From: the human T2T-CHM13v2.0 reference genome, Homo sapiens
Assembly: GCF_009914755.1 (NCBI RefSeq)
Contig: NC_060947.1
Strand: one strand, 5' to 3'
DNA length: 64,000 nt
Positions 1 to 16,310 of this stretch are shown here, piece by piece. Under the pieces are notes generated by a model. That model was not told where the DNA came from. It did no database searches and was given only the letters and a program-made list of their open reading frames with translations. A program made the position numbers and the translations under genes. The first letter of the stretch is position 1, and each line of letters begins with the position of its first letter.

Positions 1-14
1 CCTAGCATATTAAA

Positions 15-120
15 TCAGCAAATATTTATTCAGTGCTTATGATACTGGCACTATTTAAAAGGCACTAGGGACACAGCAGTGAGTATAACAAGATCTCTGC
101 TCTCATGGAGACTACATCTC
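15..120 (-). mobile_element. L2 (LINE-2) 3'-end remnant
   Basis: aaatatttattcagtgct...ggcactagggacacagcagtgag...ctgctctcatggag resembles the reverse-strand L2 3' end. Confidence 0.6.
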
Positions 121-136
121 ATGGCATGTCAAACTA

Positions 137-1465
137 TCAAATAGTAGTTCTACTTTTAGTTCTTTAAGGAATCTTCACGCTGTTTTCCATAGTGGTTTTA
201 CTAGTTTACATTCTCACCAACAGTGTAGAAGTGTTCCCTGTTCACCGCACCCATGCCAACATCTACTATTTTTTTGATTTTTTGATTATGGCCATTCGTG
301 CAGGACTAAGGTGGTATCGCATTGTGGTTTTGATTTACATTTCCCTGATCATTAGTGATGTTAAGCATTCTTTTATGTTTGTTGGTCATTTGTATATATT
401 CTTTTGAAAATTGCCTATTCATATCATTAGCTGACTTTTTGATGGGATTGTTTGTTTTGTTCTTGTTGATTTGTTTGATTTCATTGTAGATTCTGGATAT
501 TAGTTTTTCTCAGATGGATAGATCGTGAAGGTTTTTTACTCACTCTGTGGGTTTTCTGTTTACTCTGCTGACTGTTCCTTTTGCAGTGCAAAAGCTCTTT
601 AGATTAATTAAGTCCTAGCAATTCATCTTTGTGTTTATTGCATTTGCTTTTGGATTCCTGATTATAAAATCCTTGCCTAAACCAACATCTAGAAGGGGTT
701 TTTCAATGTTATCTTCTAGAATTTTTATAGTTTCATGTCTTATATTAAAGTCTTTAAGCCATCTTGATTTCTGTGTAAGGTGAGAGATGAGGATCCAGTT
801 TTATTCTACATGCGGCTAGCCAATTATCCCAGCACTATTTGTTGAAAATGGTATCCTATCCCTACTTTATGTTTTTGTTTGCTTTGTCAAAGATCAGTTG
901 GCTTTACTTTTGGGTTCTCCACTTTGTTCCATTGGTCTAATTGGTACTTTTATACCAGTAACATGCTGTTTTGGTGACTATGGCCTTATAGTATACTTTG
1001 AAATCAGGTTATGTGATGCCTCCAGTTTTGTTCTTTCTGCTTAGTCTTGCTTTGGCTATGTGGGCTTACTTTTGGTTCCATATTCATTTTATAATTTTTT
1101 CTAAGTCTGTGAAGAATGACGGTGATATTTTGATGGGAATTGTGTTGAATTTGTTGATTGCTTTTGGCAGTATGATCATTTTCACAATATTCATTCTAGC
1201 CATCCACGAGCATGGGATATGTTTCATTTCTTTGTGTTGTCTATGATTTCTTTCATCAGTGTTTTATAGTTTTCCTTGTAGAGGTCTTTCAAGTTCTTGG
1301 TTAGGTATATTCCTAAGTATTTTTTTTTTTTTTTTTTTTTTTGCAGCTATTGTAAACGGGTTTCAGTTCTTGACTTGATTCTCCACTTGGTTGTTGTTGG
1401 TGTATAGAAGAGCTACTTTTGTGTACATTAGTCTGATCTTTGTATGAAGAAACTTTGCTGAATTC
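137..1465 (-). mobile_element. L1PB-type LINE-1, ORF2 3' portion, lacking 3'UTR
   Basis: Antisense ORF2 C-terminal motifs (tagttctttaaggaatc, ccatcttga, tttttgtttgctttgtcaaagatcag); contains a T run at 1320-1342. Confidence 0.85.
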
Positions 1466-4135
<2,670 letters not shown>

Positions 4136-7100
4136 GTTTGCCCTTGTCTCTATTGTAGCCTTTCACCTCTCCATTTAGCCTCTCAATATAATACCAGTCA
4201 ATTTTTAAATTGGCCATTTACATTGATCTAATACAGATCTTTTTGGTCGCTGTCTTCTCATTATTATACGTTGTCAGTGATTTAAAGTACCCTGTAGCAT
4301 TATGTGTTTGTGTTTTAGGAGAAAGTTCAGAAAAGTACTGTGAGTATATGATCATTTACATAAATTCCCATGATAAATTTCCTCAAGAATAAATAAAATT
4401 ATATTGTGGTTGACATTATTCTTCCATTAGACCTTATTTGCTTTGCCTTTAAATTATACGTTTTTTGGGATTATGTTAGAAGTTAGGTGAACATGTAGAG
4501 CAGCAATAAATTAGTAAATTGATTTGGAAATTTTAATTTTTGTAGCAAGAAACTAATGAAGTATTTATTATAGCCAATTTATCCCCTCACATAAAAGTAA
4601 AATTCATTCTTGAGGGAAGTAGTCTGACTAAATGCAGCCAGGAGGAACATCTGCCACCGAGGGACCAGGACATCGGGAAGGCTCGTGAACTCAAACCAGA
4701 TCTTCAGAGAGGAGTCATTGAGAATGGAGAGAGGGAGAACACAGATGCTGGGCTGAAGGAGAAGGAAGCAGGGAACCCTGCATAAGTCTCTCATGCACTG
4801 GGATTCATTCCTGGTCCCCAACAACTCCTGGGGAAAAAGGAAGTTGAGCAGACGGGGAGCAACCTTCTCTCACCACAGACCTGTAGAATACTGGCAGCAG
4901 GAGAACCCACGACCCCCACAGACAAGTGGCAAGGAAAGCTGCTTAGACAGTTGATAGGGGCAGAACTCCAGCTGGCGCAGAGACCAGAGGGCTTGGTGCA
5001 GGAACAACATCCGTGGTGAAGCACAGCCAGGGGCTCCCATAGCCCCAAGGTTTTCCATGCTCCCCTAGGACACTTTAGCATTAGGGGAATTGTCTGACCT
5101 GAACAGAACAAGGGAATCTTCCTGATGAGATGTGACCCCTTCTACCTGATAGCCCCCCTGTCTGCTGGCCTCTTATGGGGCCCCAGCTTGGCCACGCCTG
5201 CTTGCAGTACAGTCTTTGATGCCCAAATGGGGTGCCTGCCAAGGGCCCGCATCATAGCTTTGTGCTGGAAGACCATGCCTGACCATGAAAGAGCTCCAGC
5301 AGAGTGGCCCACACAGATGTGCACCAGCACACTGGCATCTTTCTCCCACTGCAGCCTCCCCGAAGCTGTTTTGCTGGCACACACCCACAGCCAGGCCCCA
5401 GATCATTTTGGCAGTGCACCGTGAGCAGAGGCAGACATTGACTCCACTTTCCTGCCAGTTCAGGTCTTCATGTGCACCCCACCATGCCGCTGCTGCTAGT
5501 GTGAGTGCACCCTGCCCTACCCCACTCCACCCTGCTGCACCACCACTGCCTGTGGAAATGCTCACAAGGAGACCAGCGGCCCCAGCTCCACCGTGCACTG
5601 CCATTGCTGCCAGTGTGGGCACACGAATGGAGACCTCCATCTCAGTGCTTGCCAGCACTCCACCCCCCCACTGCCACTGCTGCCAGCACAAATGTGCACA
5701 GACACCAGTGGCCCCATGCCACCATGCCACTGCCACTGCTGGAAACACCTGAATGGACACTAACACCCTTGCACCTGCTAGTATCCCGCCCCAGGTGACA
5801 AGGAGCATATTGACTGTCACCAGCCATTGCACTGTTGTGGCCAGTGGTCTGGAAACATGTCAACCCTTCCATCACAGCAGGTTTCTAATCTTAAGGAGCT
5901 AGAGAACTAAGTTCGAGGCCAACACTAGCCTTGCAGAATTACAGCATGCAGCACAACAGTGTTGAGCTGAGCCTTGATCTGATAAACACTTCCAGAAACC
6001 AAGCCAGTCGACTGAACCCATCTTATAATACAATAAAACCACGAAGGACATCAAAGAAGATAAAAGCAAAAGGAAAAACACATTCAAAAGATAGCAACTT
6101 CAAAGATTGAAGGAACATCAGCCTATACAGAGAAAGAAGCAGCACAAGAACCCTAGTAACTCAAAAAGCCAGAGTATCTTCACACTTCCAAAAGAATGCA
6201 CAAGATGCTGAGCAATGACTCTTAACCAGGCTGAAATGGCTGAAATGACAGAAATCGAATTCAGAATATGGATAGGAATGAAGATCACCAAGATTCTGGA
6301 AAAAGTCAAAACCAAATCCAGGAATTCTAAGAAATACAATAAAATGATACAGGAGATAAAAGATGAAATGACCGTTTTAGGAAAAAACCAAGCTGACCTG
6401 ATAGAGCAGAAAAAAATCACTTCAAGAATTTCAGAATACAATCACAAGTATTAACAGCAGAATCAACCAAGCTGAGGAAAGAATCTCAGCTTGAAGAAAA
6501 GTTCTCTGACATAACTCAGACCAAAAAATAAAAATAAAAAATAAATAAAGAAGAATAATAAACACCTCTGAGAAATATGGAATTATATAAATAGACCAAA
6601 TCTGTGATTCATCAACGTCCCTGAAGAGAGAGAGAGAAATCACACAACTTGGAAGACATATTTCAGGATATCATCTAATAAAATTTTCCCAACTTCACTA
6701 AAGAGGCCAACATTGGAAATGGAGAAAACCCCTGTGAGGTACTATACAAGATGACTATTCCCAAGACACATAGTCATTAGCTTCTCCCAGGTCAAATTGA
6801 AAGAAAAAACGTTAAGTCAGCTAGAGAGAAGAGGCTGGTCACCAGCAAAGGGGAAAGTATCAGGCTACCAGTGGAACCTTCAATAAAAACCCTACAGGCC
6901 AGAAGAAATTGAGGGCCTATAAGCAATATTTGTAAAGAAAAGAATTCATATCCTGCCAGACTAAGCTTCATAAATGCAGAAGAAATAAGGTTCTTTTGAG
7001 AAAAGCAAATACTAATGGAATTTGTTACCACCTGGACTGCCTTAAATAAAGTCCTTAAGGGAGTGCTAAATATGGAAATGAAAGACCCTTACCAGCCACC

Positions 7101-8310
7101 ACAAAAATACACTTATTTACATAGACCATTAACACTATAAAGCAACCATACAAAAAGTCTGCATAATAACCAACTAGCAACATGATAGAATCACACCCAT
7201 ACCTGTCAGTACTAACTTTAGAATGTAAACAGGCTAAATGTCACAATTAAAAGGCACAAAGTGGAAAGTTGGATAAAGAAGCAAGACCCAACAGTAAGCT
7301 GTCTTAAAGAGACCCATTTCACATGCAATAGCACACACAGGTTGAAAGTAAAAGGATGGAGAAAAATCTATGAAATGAATGGAAAACAGAAAAAATCAGG
7401 GGTTGCTATTCTAATTTCAGACAAAACTGACTTTAAACCAACAATAATCAAAAAAGTCAAAGAAGGCCAATTCATAATAGTAAAGGGCACAATTTAACAA
7501 GAAGACATAGCTATTTTAAATACATATGTGCCCAACACAGTAGCACACAATTCATGAAACAAGTTCTCAGAATCCTATGAAGATATATACATAACCACAC
7601 AATAATAGCAGGAGACTTCAACACCTCATTGAAAATATTAGACAGATAATTGAGGCAGAAAACTAACAAAGATATTTGGGACCTGATCTTGACACTTGAA
7701 CAAATGGGCCTGACAGACATCTACAGAGCTCTCCATCCTAAAACAACAAAATATACATTTTTCTCATCTGCATATGGCACATAGTCTAAAATTAACTACA
7801 CAGTTGGACATAAAACCATTTCCAGCAAATTAAATACAAAACTGTAATTATACCAAACACATTCCAGGACCACAGCACAATAAAAATAGAAATCAATAAT
7901 AAGAAAATCAATCAAAGTCATATAATTACATTGACATTAAACAACCTGCTCCTGAATGACTTTCAGATAAATAATTAAATCAAAGCAGAAAATAAGAAAT
8001 TCTTTGAAACTAATTGGAACAAAGATACAACATACCAGAATCTCTGGGACACAGCTAAAGGGGTGCTAAGAGGAAAGTTTATAGCTGTAAATGCTCACAT
8101 TAAAATTTAGAAACATCTTGAATTAACAACATAACATTTCACCTAGAGGACCTAGGGAAACAAGAGCCAACCAACCCCCAAGCTAGCAGAAGACAAAAAA
8201 TAACTAACATCAGAGCTGAAATGAAGGATATTGAGACATGAAAAACCACACAAAAGATTCAAGAATCCAGACGTTGGTTTGTTGAAAGAATTAGTAAGAT
8301 AGACTGCCAG

Positions 8311-9149
8311 CAAGGATATGAACAGACACTTCTCAAAAGAAGACATTTATGCAGCCAACAGACACAAGAAAAAAATGCTCATCATCACTGGCCATCAGAG
8401 AAATGCAAATCAAAACCACAATGAGATACCATCTCACACCATTTAGAATGGCGATCATGAAAAAGTCAGGAAACAGCAGGTGCTGGAGAGGATGTGGAGA
8501 AATAGGAACACTTTTACACTGTTGGTGGGACTGTAAACTAGTTCAACAATTGTGGAAGACAGTGTGGTGATTCCTCAGGGATCTAGAACTAGAAATACCA
8601 TTTGATCCAGCCATCCCATTACTGGGTATATACCCAAAGGATTATAAACCATGCTGCCATAAAGACACATGCTCACGTATGTTTATTGCAGCACTATTCA
8701 CAACAGCAAAGACTTGGAACCAACCCAAATGTCCATCAATGATATACTGGATTAAGAAAATGTGGCACATATACACCATGGAATACTATGCAGCCATAAA
8801 AAAGGATGAGTTCATGTCCTTTGCAGGGACATGGATGAAGCTGGAAACCATCATTCTGAGCATACTATCGCAAGGACAGAAAACCAAACACCGCATGTTC
8901 TCACTCATAGGTGGGAATTGAACAGTGAGAACACTTGGACACAGGGCAGAGAACATCACACTCCAGGGCCTGTGGGGGGTGGGGACCTGGGGGAGGGATA
9001 GCATTAGGAGAAATACCTAATGTGAATGACGAGTTGATGGGTGCAGCACACCAACATGGCACATGTATACCTATGTAACAAACCTGCACATTGTGCACAT
9101 GTACTCTAGAACTTAAAGTATAATAATAAAAAAAGAGAACCTTTAAAAA
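8311..9149 (+). mobile_element. 5'-truncated L1PA (approx. L1PA5-7) nested in older L1 ORF2
   Basis: ORF2 C-terminus, 3'UTR and poly(A); TSD aagatagactgccag 8296-8310 / aaaatagactgccag 9150-9164. Confidence 0.95.
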
Positions 9150-9686
9150 AAAATAGACTGCCAGATAGACTAATAAATAAAAAAGAGAGGTTGAAATAAT
9201 CATAAATGACTAAGGGGATGTTACCCCACAGAACTACAAAAAACAAACAAAAAAACCTCAGAGACTACTAAAACACTCCTATGCACACAAACTAGAAAAC
9301 CTAGAAGAAATGGGTAAATTTCTGGAAACATACAACCACCGAAGATTGAACCAGGAAGAGATTAAAGCCCTGAACAGACTAATAATGAGTTTCAAAATTG
9401 AATCAGTAATAAAAAGACTACCAACTGGAAGAAGCCCAAGAGCAGGCAAATTCACAGCTGAATCCCACCAGATATGTATAGAAAAAAGAGTTGGTACCAT
9501 TCCTACTTGTAACTATTCCAAAAACTTGAGGAGGAGAAACTCCTCCCTAACTCATTTTGTGAGGCCAGTGTCATCCTGATACCAAAACCTGGCAGACACA
9601 CACACAAAAAGGAAAACTTCAGGCCAGTTTCCATGATGAACATAGATGCAAAATCCTCAACAAAATACTAGCAAACCAAATCCAAC

Positions 9687-9748
9687 AGCACATCAAAAAG
9701 TTAATCCACTACAATCAAGCACATCAAAAAGCTAATCCACCACAATCA
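9687..9748 (+). repeat. 31-bp tandem duplication in L1 ORF2
   Basis: agcacatcaaaaagttaatccactacaatca / agcacatcaaaaagctaatccaccacaatca. Confidence 0.9.
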
Positions 9749-11119
9749 AGCAGGCTTTTTGTCCCTGAGATGCAAGCCTGGTTTGATATACTCAACTCAG
9801 TAAATGATTCATCACATAAACAGAACTGAAAACATAAATCACATGATTATCTCAATAGATGTAAAAAAGGCTTTTGATAAAATTCAACATTCCTTCATGT
9901 TGAAAACCCTCAACAAAGTAGACATTAAAGGAACATACTTCTAAATAATAAGAGCCACCTATGACAAACCCACAGCCAACATCATACTAAATGGCCAAAA
10001 GCTATAAGCATTCTCCTTGAAAACTGGAAGAAGACAAGGATGTGCTTTCTCAACACTTCCATTCCACATAGTACTGGAAGCCTTAGCCACAGCAATCAGG
10101 CAAGAGAAAGAAATAAAGGCTCTTAAATAGGAAGAGAGGAAGTCAAACTATTTCTGCTTGCAGACTATGTGATTCTATACTAAGAAAAACTCATAGTCTC
10201 TTTCTTAAATCTCTTCAATCTTATAAACAACTTCAGCAAAGTTTCAGGATACCAAATTGATGTACAAAAATCAGTAGCATTCCTATACACCAACAATATG
10301 CAAGATGAGAATCAAATTAAGAACACAATTCCATTCGCAATAGCCACAAAAAGAATAAAATACCTAGGAATACAGCTAACCAGGGAGGTGAAAGAACTCT
10401 ACAAGGAAAATTACAAAACATTGCTCAAAGAGATCAGAATTAACACAAATCAATGGAGAAGCATTCCGTGCTCATGGATAGGAAGAATCTATATCATTAA
10501 AATGCCCATACTGCTCAAAGCAATTTACAGATTCAATGTTATTCCTATCAAACTACTAGTGACATTCTTTACAGAATTAGAAAAAAATTAAAAATTCATG
10601 TGGAACTAAAACGAAGCTTGATAGTCAAGGCAATCCTAAGCAGAAAGAACAAAACTGTGGGCATCACAGTGCCCAATGTCAAACTTTACTACAAGGCAAC
10701 AATAATCAAAACATCATAGTACTGGTACAAAAACAGACACATAAACTAATGGATCAGAATAGAGAGCACAGAAATAATGCTGCACACCTACAACCATCCA
10801 AACTTCTATAAAGCCAATGAAAACAAGCAATGAGGAAAAAATTCTCTATTCAATAATTGTGCTGAGATAACTGTATAGCCATATGCAGAAGATTGAAACT
10901 AGATTTCCTCTTTACACCTTATATGAAAATCAACTCAAGATGGATTAAAGACTTAAATGTAAAACCTAAAACTATAAAACCCTGGGAGATAACCTAGGGA
11001 ATACCACTCTGGATATAGGACCTACCAAAGAATTCATGATGAAGATGCCAAAACCAAGTGCAAGTGAAATAAAATTGACAAATGGGACCTAATTAAACAG
11101 AAGGGCTTCTGCACAGCAA

Positions 11120-11755
11120 TGGAAATACTTTTACACTGTTGATGGGAATGTAAAATAGTATAACCATTATGGAAAACAGTGTAGAGATTCCTTTAAAGAA
11201 CTAAAAGTAGATCTACTGTTTTATCTAGCAATCCCACTAGCAGGTATCTACCCAAAGGAAAAGAAGTCATTATACGAAAAAGATGCTTGCACACACGTGT
11301 TTATAGCAGCACAATTTTCAATTGCAAAACCATGGAACCAGCCCAAATGCCCATCAATCAATGAGTAGAAAAAGAAAATGTGGTATATATACACAATGGA
11401 GCACTACTCAGCCATAAAAGGAAATGAAATAATGGCATTTGCAGCAACCTGGATGGAATCGGAGACCATTATTCTAAGTGAAATAACTCGGGAATGGAAA
11501 ACTAAATATCATATGTTCTCACTCATATGTAGGCGTTGAGCTGTGAGGATGCAAAGGCATAAGAATGATACACTGGACTTTGGGAACTCGTGGGAAAGGG
11601 TAGGAAGTGGCGAGGGATAAAAAAACTAGACATTGGGTACAGTGTAGATGGCTCAGGTGATGGGTGCACCAAAATCTCAGAAATCACTACTAGAGAACTT
11701 ATTAATATAATAAAACACCACCTGTTCCCAAAAACCTATTGAAATAAAAAAATTT
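11120..11755 (+). mobile_element. L1PB 3' end
   Basis: gaggatgcaaaggcataagaatgata...caccacctgttcccaaaaacctattgaaataaaaaa. Confidence 0.85.
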
Positions 11756-11914
11756 TTAAGCAGTAGCATTCATTTACACCAAGAATGTGCAAGATGAGAA
11801 CTAAATTAAGAACACAATAGCCACCAAAAAAAAAATAAAATACCTAGGAATACAGCTAACCAGGAAGGTCAAAAGAACTCTACAATGAAAATTAGAATGG
11901 GGTTGTATTCTTAT

Positions 11915-12105
11915 TTAGTAGACACTAGGGACTACTTGAGGGTGTAGGGTGGGAAGAAGGTTAAGGATCAAAAAACTACCTATAGATTACTATGCTTATT
12001 ACCTGGCTGTCAAAATAACCTGCACATCAAATCTTTGTTAAATGCAATTTACCTATATAGTAAACCTGTAAATGTACCCTGAACCTAAAATAAATGTTTA
12101 AAAAG
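11915..12105 (+). mobile_element. L1PA13-16-type 3'UTR end
   Basis: gggactacttgagggtg...aaaaaactacctat...gtaccctgaacctaaaataaatgtttaaaaa. Confidence 0.75.
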
Positions 12106-12284
12106 ACAAAGAATAACAGATATTGGTGAGGATGTGGAGAAAAGAGAATGCTCATACACTGTTTGTGGAAATGTAAACTAGTACAACATCTATAGATAAC
12201 TGTGGGGAGATTTTTAAAAATTAAATAAAAGTAAAATTTCTTCTCCTTAAATCCTTTTGTTAATGTTCTACCTTTTTACATGGA

Positions 12285-12530
12285 GGTTAGTATAATATAC
12301 TGAAAAGAAATTCACCTTTGCATTCAGAGGCTGGGATAAATTCACAACTGTGTCACTTATTAGCTGTTTGACTTTGGACAAATTAGAAAATTACCTGAAT
12401 CTCAGACTGCTTATCTATAGAGTTAAGAAAATAGTATGTGCCTTGTAGAATTATTAAGCAATGAATGAGATAACTAATGTAAAGCCATAGCACAGTGCCT
12501 GTTATATATTATAAGCATTCAGTAATATTT
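12285..12530 (+). mobile_element. MIR
   Basis: cacttattagctgtttgactttggacaaatta...gtaaagccatagcacagtgcctg. Confidence 0.75.
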
Positions 12531-13033
12531 TCTTTCTCTGCTTTTCATCACCTTTTCTTACAAGAATGATTTTAAGTGCTTAAAATAAAACATATAAAGT
12601 AAATTCATTAAATCAAATTATAAAAACCACATTATGCTAACCATAGAGATTAACATAGTTGCTAAGACTGAGCATCAGAGGTGTTGTAGAGCTTCTTAGC
12701 AACCAAGGTAAATAAAAAATGTATAGTAACAGAGCTTTCATTATAAAAGAGAACAGAGATAACCAAGTGTTTTCTGACACTAAATTTGAAAGTAAAGTTT
12801 TCATTTGGGACCTTGCACAGATATTAAACAAGATAATCAGCAACGTCTTTAACCCTTTCACAACAATTTCAATTTGTATGTCTAGTCATTTTATATGATT
12901 GTTTCTAGAAATAGCCTTCCATAATGTTATGGCAGCGTAGCATCAAAGTACACCTCCCACTGATGATTCTGTAAGACATTGACTTAATATGGGCAAAGTA
13001 TATAGACTTTCAGTGATCTCTCTTAATCTGAGG

Positions 13034-13395
13034 CAGTGTTTCCCAGAGTGTGGTATACATCCATACCACTGCTGGCACCTGAGATGATTTGAAGTAATAC
13101 TTAGATGGATTTATTTTATTTTACCTGTAATAGTTATGTGTTTAATATTTATTAGGAAAAATTATCTACCTATCACATCAAACCCATAATTTCATGAATG
13201 AAATTAACAAAAGGCTAAGCAAAAGATTTAAGAAAGGTATTTTAAGGAAAGTTTAAGAAAAGTTTAAATAAAAGTGAGTCAACTGAAAAAAAATTATAAT
13301 ACATGTAATACCCAGATATTATAATGCAGGTAGTAAATATCTAGATATGTCAAAACTTGTGAAGGTGGTTTGAAAAAAACTGAAACATAGGAGTC
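13034..13395. mobile_element. Possible hAT-Charlie DNA transposon remnant
   Basis: Starts with Charlie-type terminus cagtgtttcccagagtgtggta...accactgctggcacctgagatgattt; right end poorly defined. Confidence 0.4.
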
Positions 13396-14149
13396 ATTTA
13401 TCTAAAGAGAAAAGTGCCTAAATATGCAGATGCTTAGCACATATCTTAGGTTTCACTCCCTAAATATAATTTAGTATAGCTCATTTTTTTGGTCTGTCAG
13501 TCTTTGAAGAGTTCATGTACCCTTAGTAAATTTTATAGTATTCATTTCTACTGGCACCCTCTTTCATTATAGGCTCCTTTTTATAGGGTCTTTAAAGTCT
13601 GTGGTTAGAAGTAGACTTATTTGAAAGGAAGTACTTTCACACTATCTCTTTCCCAAATATAACCTACTATATAATCAATTTAGTATTTTAATTGTTTTAA
13701 AACGCAAAGTTTTCTGATAACCAGGAAACTAACTGTTTTTCAAGTCATTCATTTGACCTCAATTATATGGAGTTGGTACCTACCTATAGATCTTAATTGG
13801 TATTAAGTTAGGTTACTAAGTTGAGTGAAAAACCTTCAGTAGTGACCATCTGGAAGGAAGTCGATATTGTCTTCTGAGGAATCATTCATGTTCCCAAATA
13901 AATAAGCAGATTCTGCCAGCAGCAGCCTCTGGAAGACTAGTTATGATTTCAATGGTTCTCTATTTTCTGAGCCTGCAATGTTTGAAATTTAATCATTTTT
14001 GTCAATTTGGGTGATGTTGTGTAACTTGTTTGATAGTTTTATCGTGGTAAGGATAAAAACATAATAAGTTCCATCTCCCTACTATAAAAACAAATTGCTG
14101 TCAATATCATGATAGAGAATGGAAAAATAAACTATGTAGGTTTTTTTAA

Positions 14150-14265
14150 TTATTTTATCTAATTCTCACAACATTGGAATATAAATAGTAGCTATGTTTT
14201 AAGACTTGAAGACACAAACTCCAAGAGGTGACACAATGTGTCCAAGATCACAATGCTAGTAAAGC
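14150..14265 (-). mobile_element. MIR fragment
   Basis: taattctcacaaca...tgtccaagatcacaatgctagtaa. Confidence 0.5.
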
Positions 14266-14486
14266 AAGGTCATTTTCTCCCTCATCAAACAGTCTATTGT
14301 ATTCATTAATTTTCATGCATTGTTATTTTTATTCAGTCAGTAAATATATTAAATATCTGCTGTTTGCTAGATTCTCTTTCTCTCCCTCTCCACCCCCTCT
14401 TACTCACTGTGCCTCACTCCCTCCCCTCCTTATAATATATGTTATAGGGATACAACTAAGACATGGTCTACATAGTTTGTAAAATA

Positions 14487-14730
14487 TTACATAGTGGTTG
14501 AGAGTACCATTTTTGAAGTCATATAAACCTGAGTTCACGTCCTAGAGCTTACTAACTGTATGACTTTGGGCAAATTCATTAGTTTCACTAAGCTTTTTTT
14601 CTCTCACCTTTAAAATGGGATAATATTCTTTCTCATAAGACTTTTATGTGCCTAAAAATAAATAATATGCATGAGGTTCATTTGTACAATGGTTGGCAGA
14701 TAATCACTTGATAAATAGTCATGCTATTAT
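14487..14730 (+). mobile_element. MIR
   Basis: catagtggttgagagta...cttactaactgtatgactttgggcaaatt...tctcacctttaaaatgggataata. Confidence 0.8.
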
Positions 14731-14749
14731 CAATAAAAAAATTTTGGAG

Positions 14750-14990
14750 CAATTCACAGACTAACAGAAGCAACACATATATAATTATAATACATTGTGA
14801 TAGGGCTTTGATAGGTATCTTTTTAAAACTGCTTTGGGATCATAAAAGAGGGATGGTTAATTGTGCTTAGTAGGGAGAGTAAATGTCTCGTAGAGAAATT
14901 ACGTATTATCTGGGACTTAATGGATGAGTGTGCAGGCAAAAGAGCATCCTAGGTAGAGCAAACAGCATGAAAAAAGTCTTCAAATTATAA
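14750..14990 (-). mobile_element. L2 fragment
   Basis: attataatacattgtgatagggct...gagcatcctaggtagagcaaacagcatgaaaaaag. Confidence 0.55.
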
Positions 14991-15225
14991 AAATGCATGG
15001 GATGAATTAATGGAACCATGGTTACATGAGAAATAGTCCAGGAAACTGGAACATTTACTCTGTAAAGTAAAAGAGTAATTGTAATGAGGGAACTAGAAGG
15101 ATAGGAGATTATGGCCTAAAAATGGAATATAAGATAGTAATATCAGAATATCAAGATTTTTAATATGCAGGTAATCTGAGTGATAGCAAGATATTACAGG
15201 GATATGGCCTTAAAAGTGGATGTTT

Positions 15226-15842
15226 CCTGCTGTTGGGAATGTAAGTTAGTACAACTTCTATAGAAAACATTGTGCAGATTCCTTAAAGAACTTAAAGTAG
15301 ATCTATTATTCAATCCAGAAATCTTACTACTAGCTATCTAACAAAGGAAAATAAATCAATATATCAAAAGGACACCTGCACACATATGTTTATCACAGTA
15401 CAATTCACAATTGCAAAGATATGGAATCAACCTAAGTGCCCATCAACCAATGAGCAGAAAAAGAAAGTGTACTCTGTATAAACCATGGAATACTGCTCAG
15501 CCATAAAAAAAGAATGAAATAATGTATTTTGCACAACTTGAAGGGAGCTGGGAGGCCATTATTCTAAGTGAAGTAACTCAGGAAAGAAAAGCCAAATACC
15601 TTGTCACTTATAAATGGGAGCTAAGCTATGGATACTCAAAGGCATCCAGAGTGGTATAATGAATATTGGCAACTCAGAAACAGGGAGAGTGGGATGAAAG
15701 TGAGGAATAAAAGATGACATATTTGGTACAATGTCCACTACTCAAGTGATGAGTGCACTGAAATTTCAGACTTCACCGCTATACAGTTCATCCATGTGAA
15801 CAAAAAGCACTTATACCCAAAAGCTATTGAAGCAAAAAAAAA
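15226..15842 (+). mobile_element. 5'-truncated L1PB3/4-like 3' end with poly(A)
   Basis: ORF2 end plus 3'UTR (gagtggtataatgaatattgg...cagacttcaccgctatacagttcatccatgt...ctattgaagcaaaaaaaaa). Confidence 0.85.
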
Positions 15843-16089
15843 TTGAGTGTTTTAAGTGTAATGGAAATGAAGACAAGTGCATACAATTCATTCAGTCAAT
15901 TTCAAGTTCAAATTTTATTTTGCTTACTGTGAATTTGTCATTGCTTTAAATTTTTACAAAACATTTATGTACTCAGTTTGTTATTTACCTAATTTTTATC
16001 TATACAGAATTGACCCATATCTCATTTCCATACCAAGAGGGAAGTGGCAGACATAGATAAAAAAATTATTTTAAATAACCAATAATATT

Positions 16090-16310
16090 CATTAAACATC
16101 TTATAGCTCATTGCCTATGTTTGTATTCATTGTATCATTTGGTCCTGCCAACTACTTGTGAAGAAGACAGAGATTATTATTATTTTCATTTTACAGATGA
16201 AAAAACTGAAGTCCAGAAAAGTGACACTTGCTGGAGGTCATACATGATTAAATAGTAAAAGCAAGTCTTGTGCCCACATTTTCTAAGTCAAAATGTCTGT
16301 GTACTTTCCA
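16090..16310 (-). mobile_element. MIR
   Basis: attattattattttcattttacagatgaaaaaactgaagtccaga core. Confidence 0.75.

Larger units (their letters stand above)
4611..11119 (+). mobile_element. Near full-length old primate L1 (L1PA13-16/L1P4-like): 5'UTR ~4611-6100, ORF1 remnant ~6100-7100, ORF2 remnant ~7190-11119
   Basis: 5'UTR start (gactaaatgcagccaggaggaacatc); ORF1-like EMTEIEFRIWI; EN-like WIKKQDPT..LKETH and GVAILISDKTDFK; many stops; candidate TSD 4591-4610 / 12225-12244. Confidence 0.9.

Noticed and set aside
4791-5875. Cluster of long overlapping ORFs / GC-rich island
   Set aside because: GC-rich repetitive L1 5'UTR with few stop codons; CpG-depleted
8966-8998. G-quadruplex-like G-tract (also ~63507-63540)
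   Set aside because: Standard L1PA 3'UTR polypurine tract, not locus-specific
12530-14150. Possible exon or conserved element in the least repetitive stretch
   Set aside because: AT-rich with no recognisable ORF or splice pattern; conservation cannot be assessed without alignments
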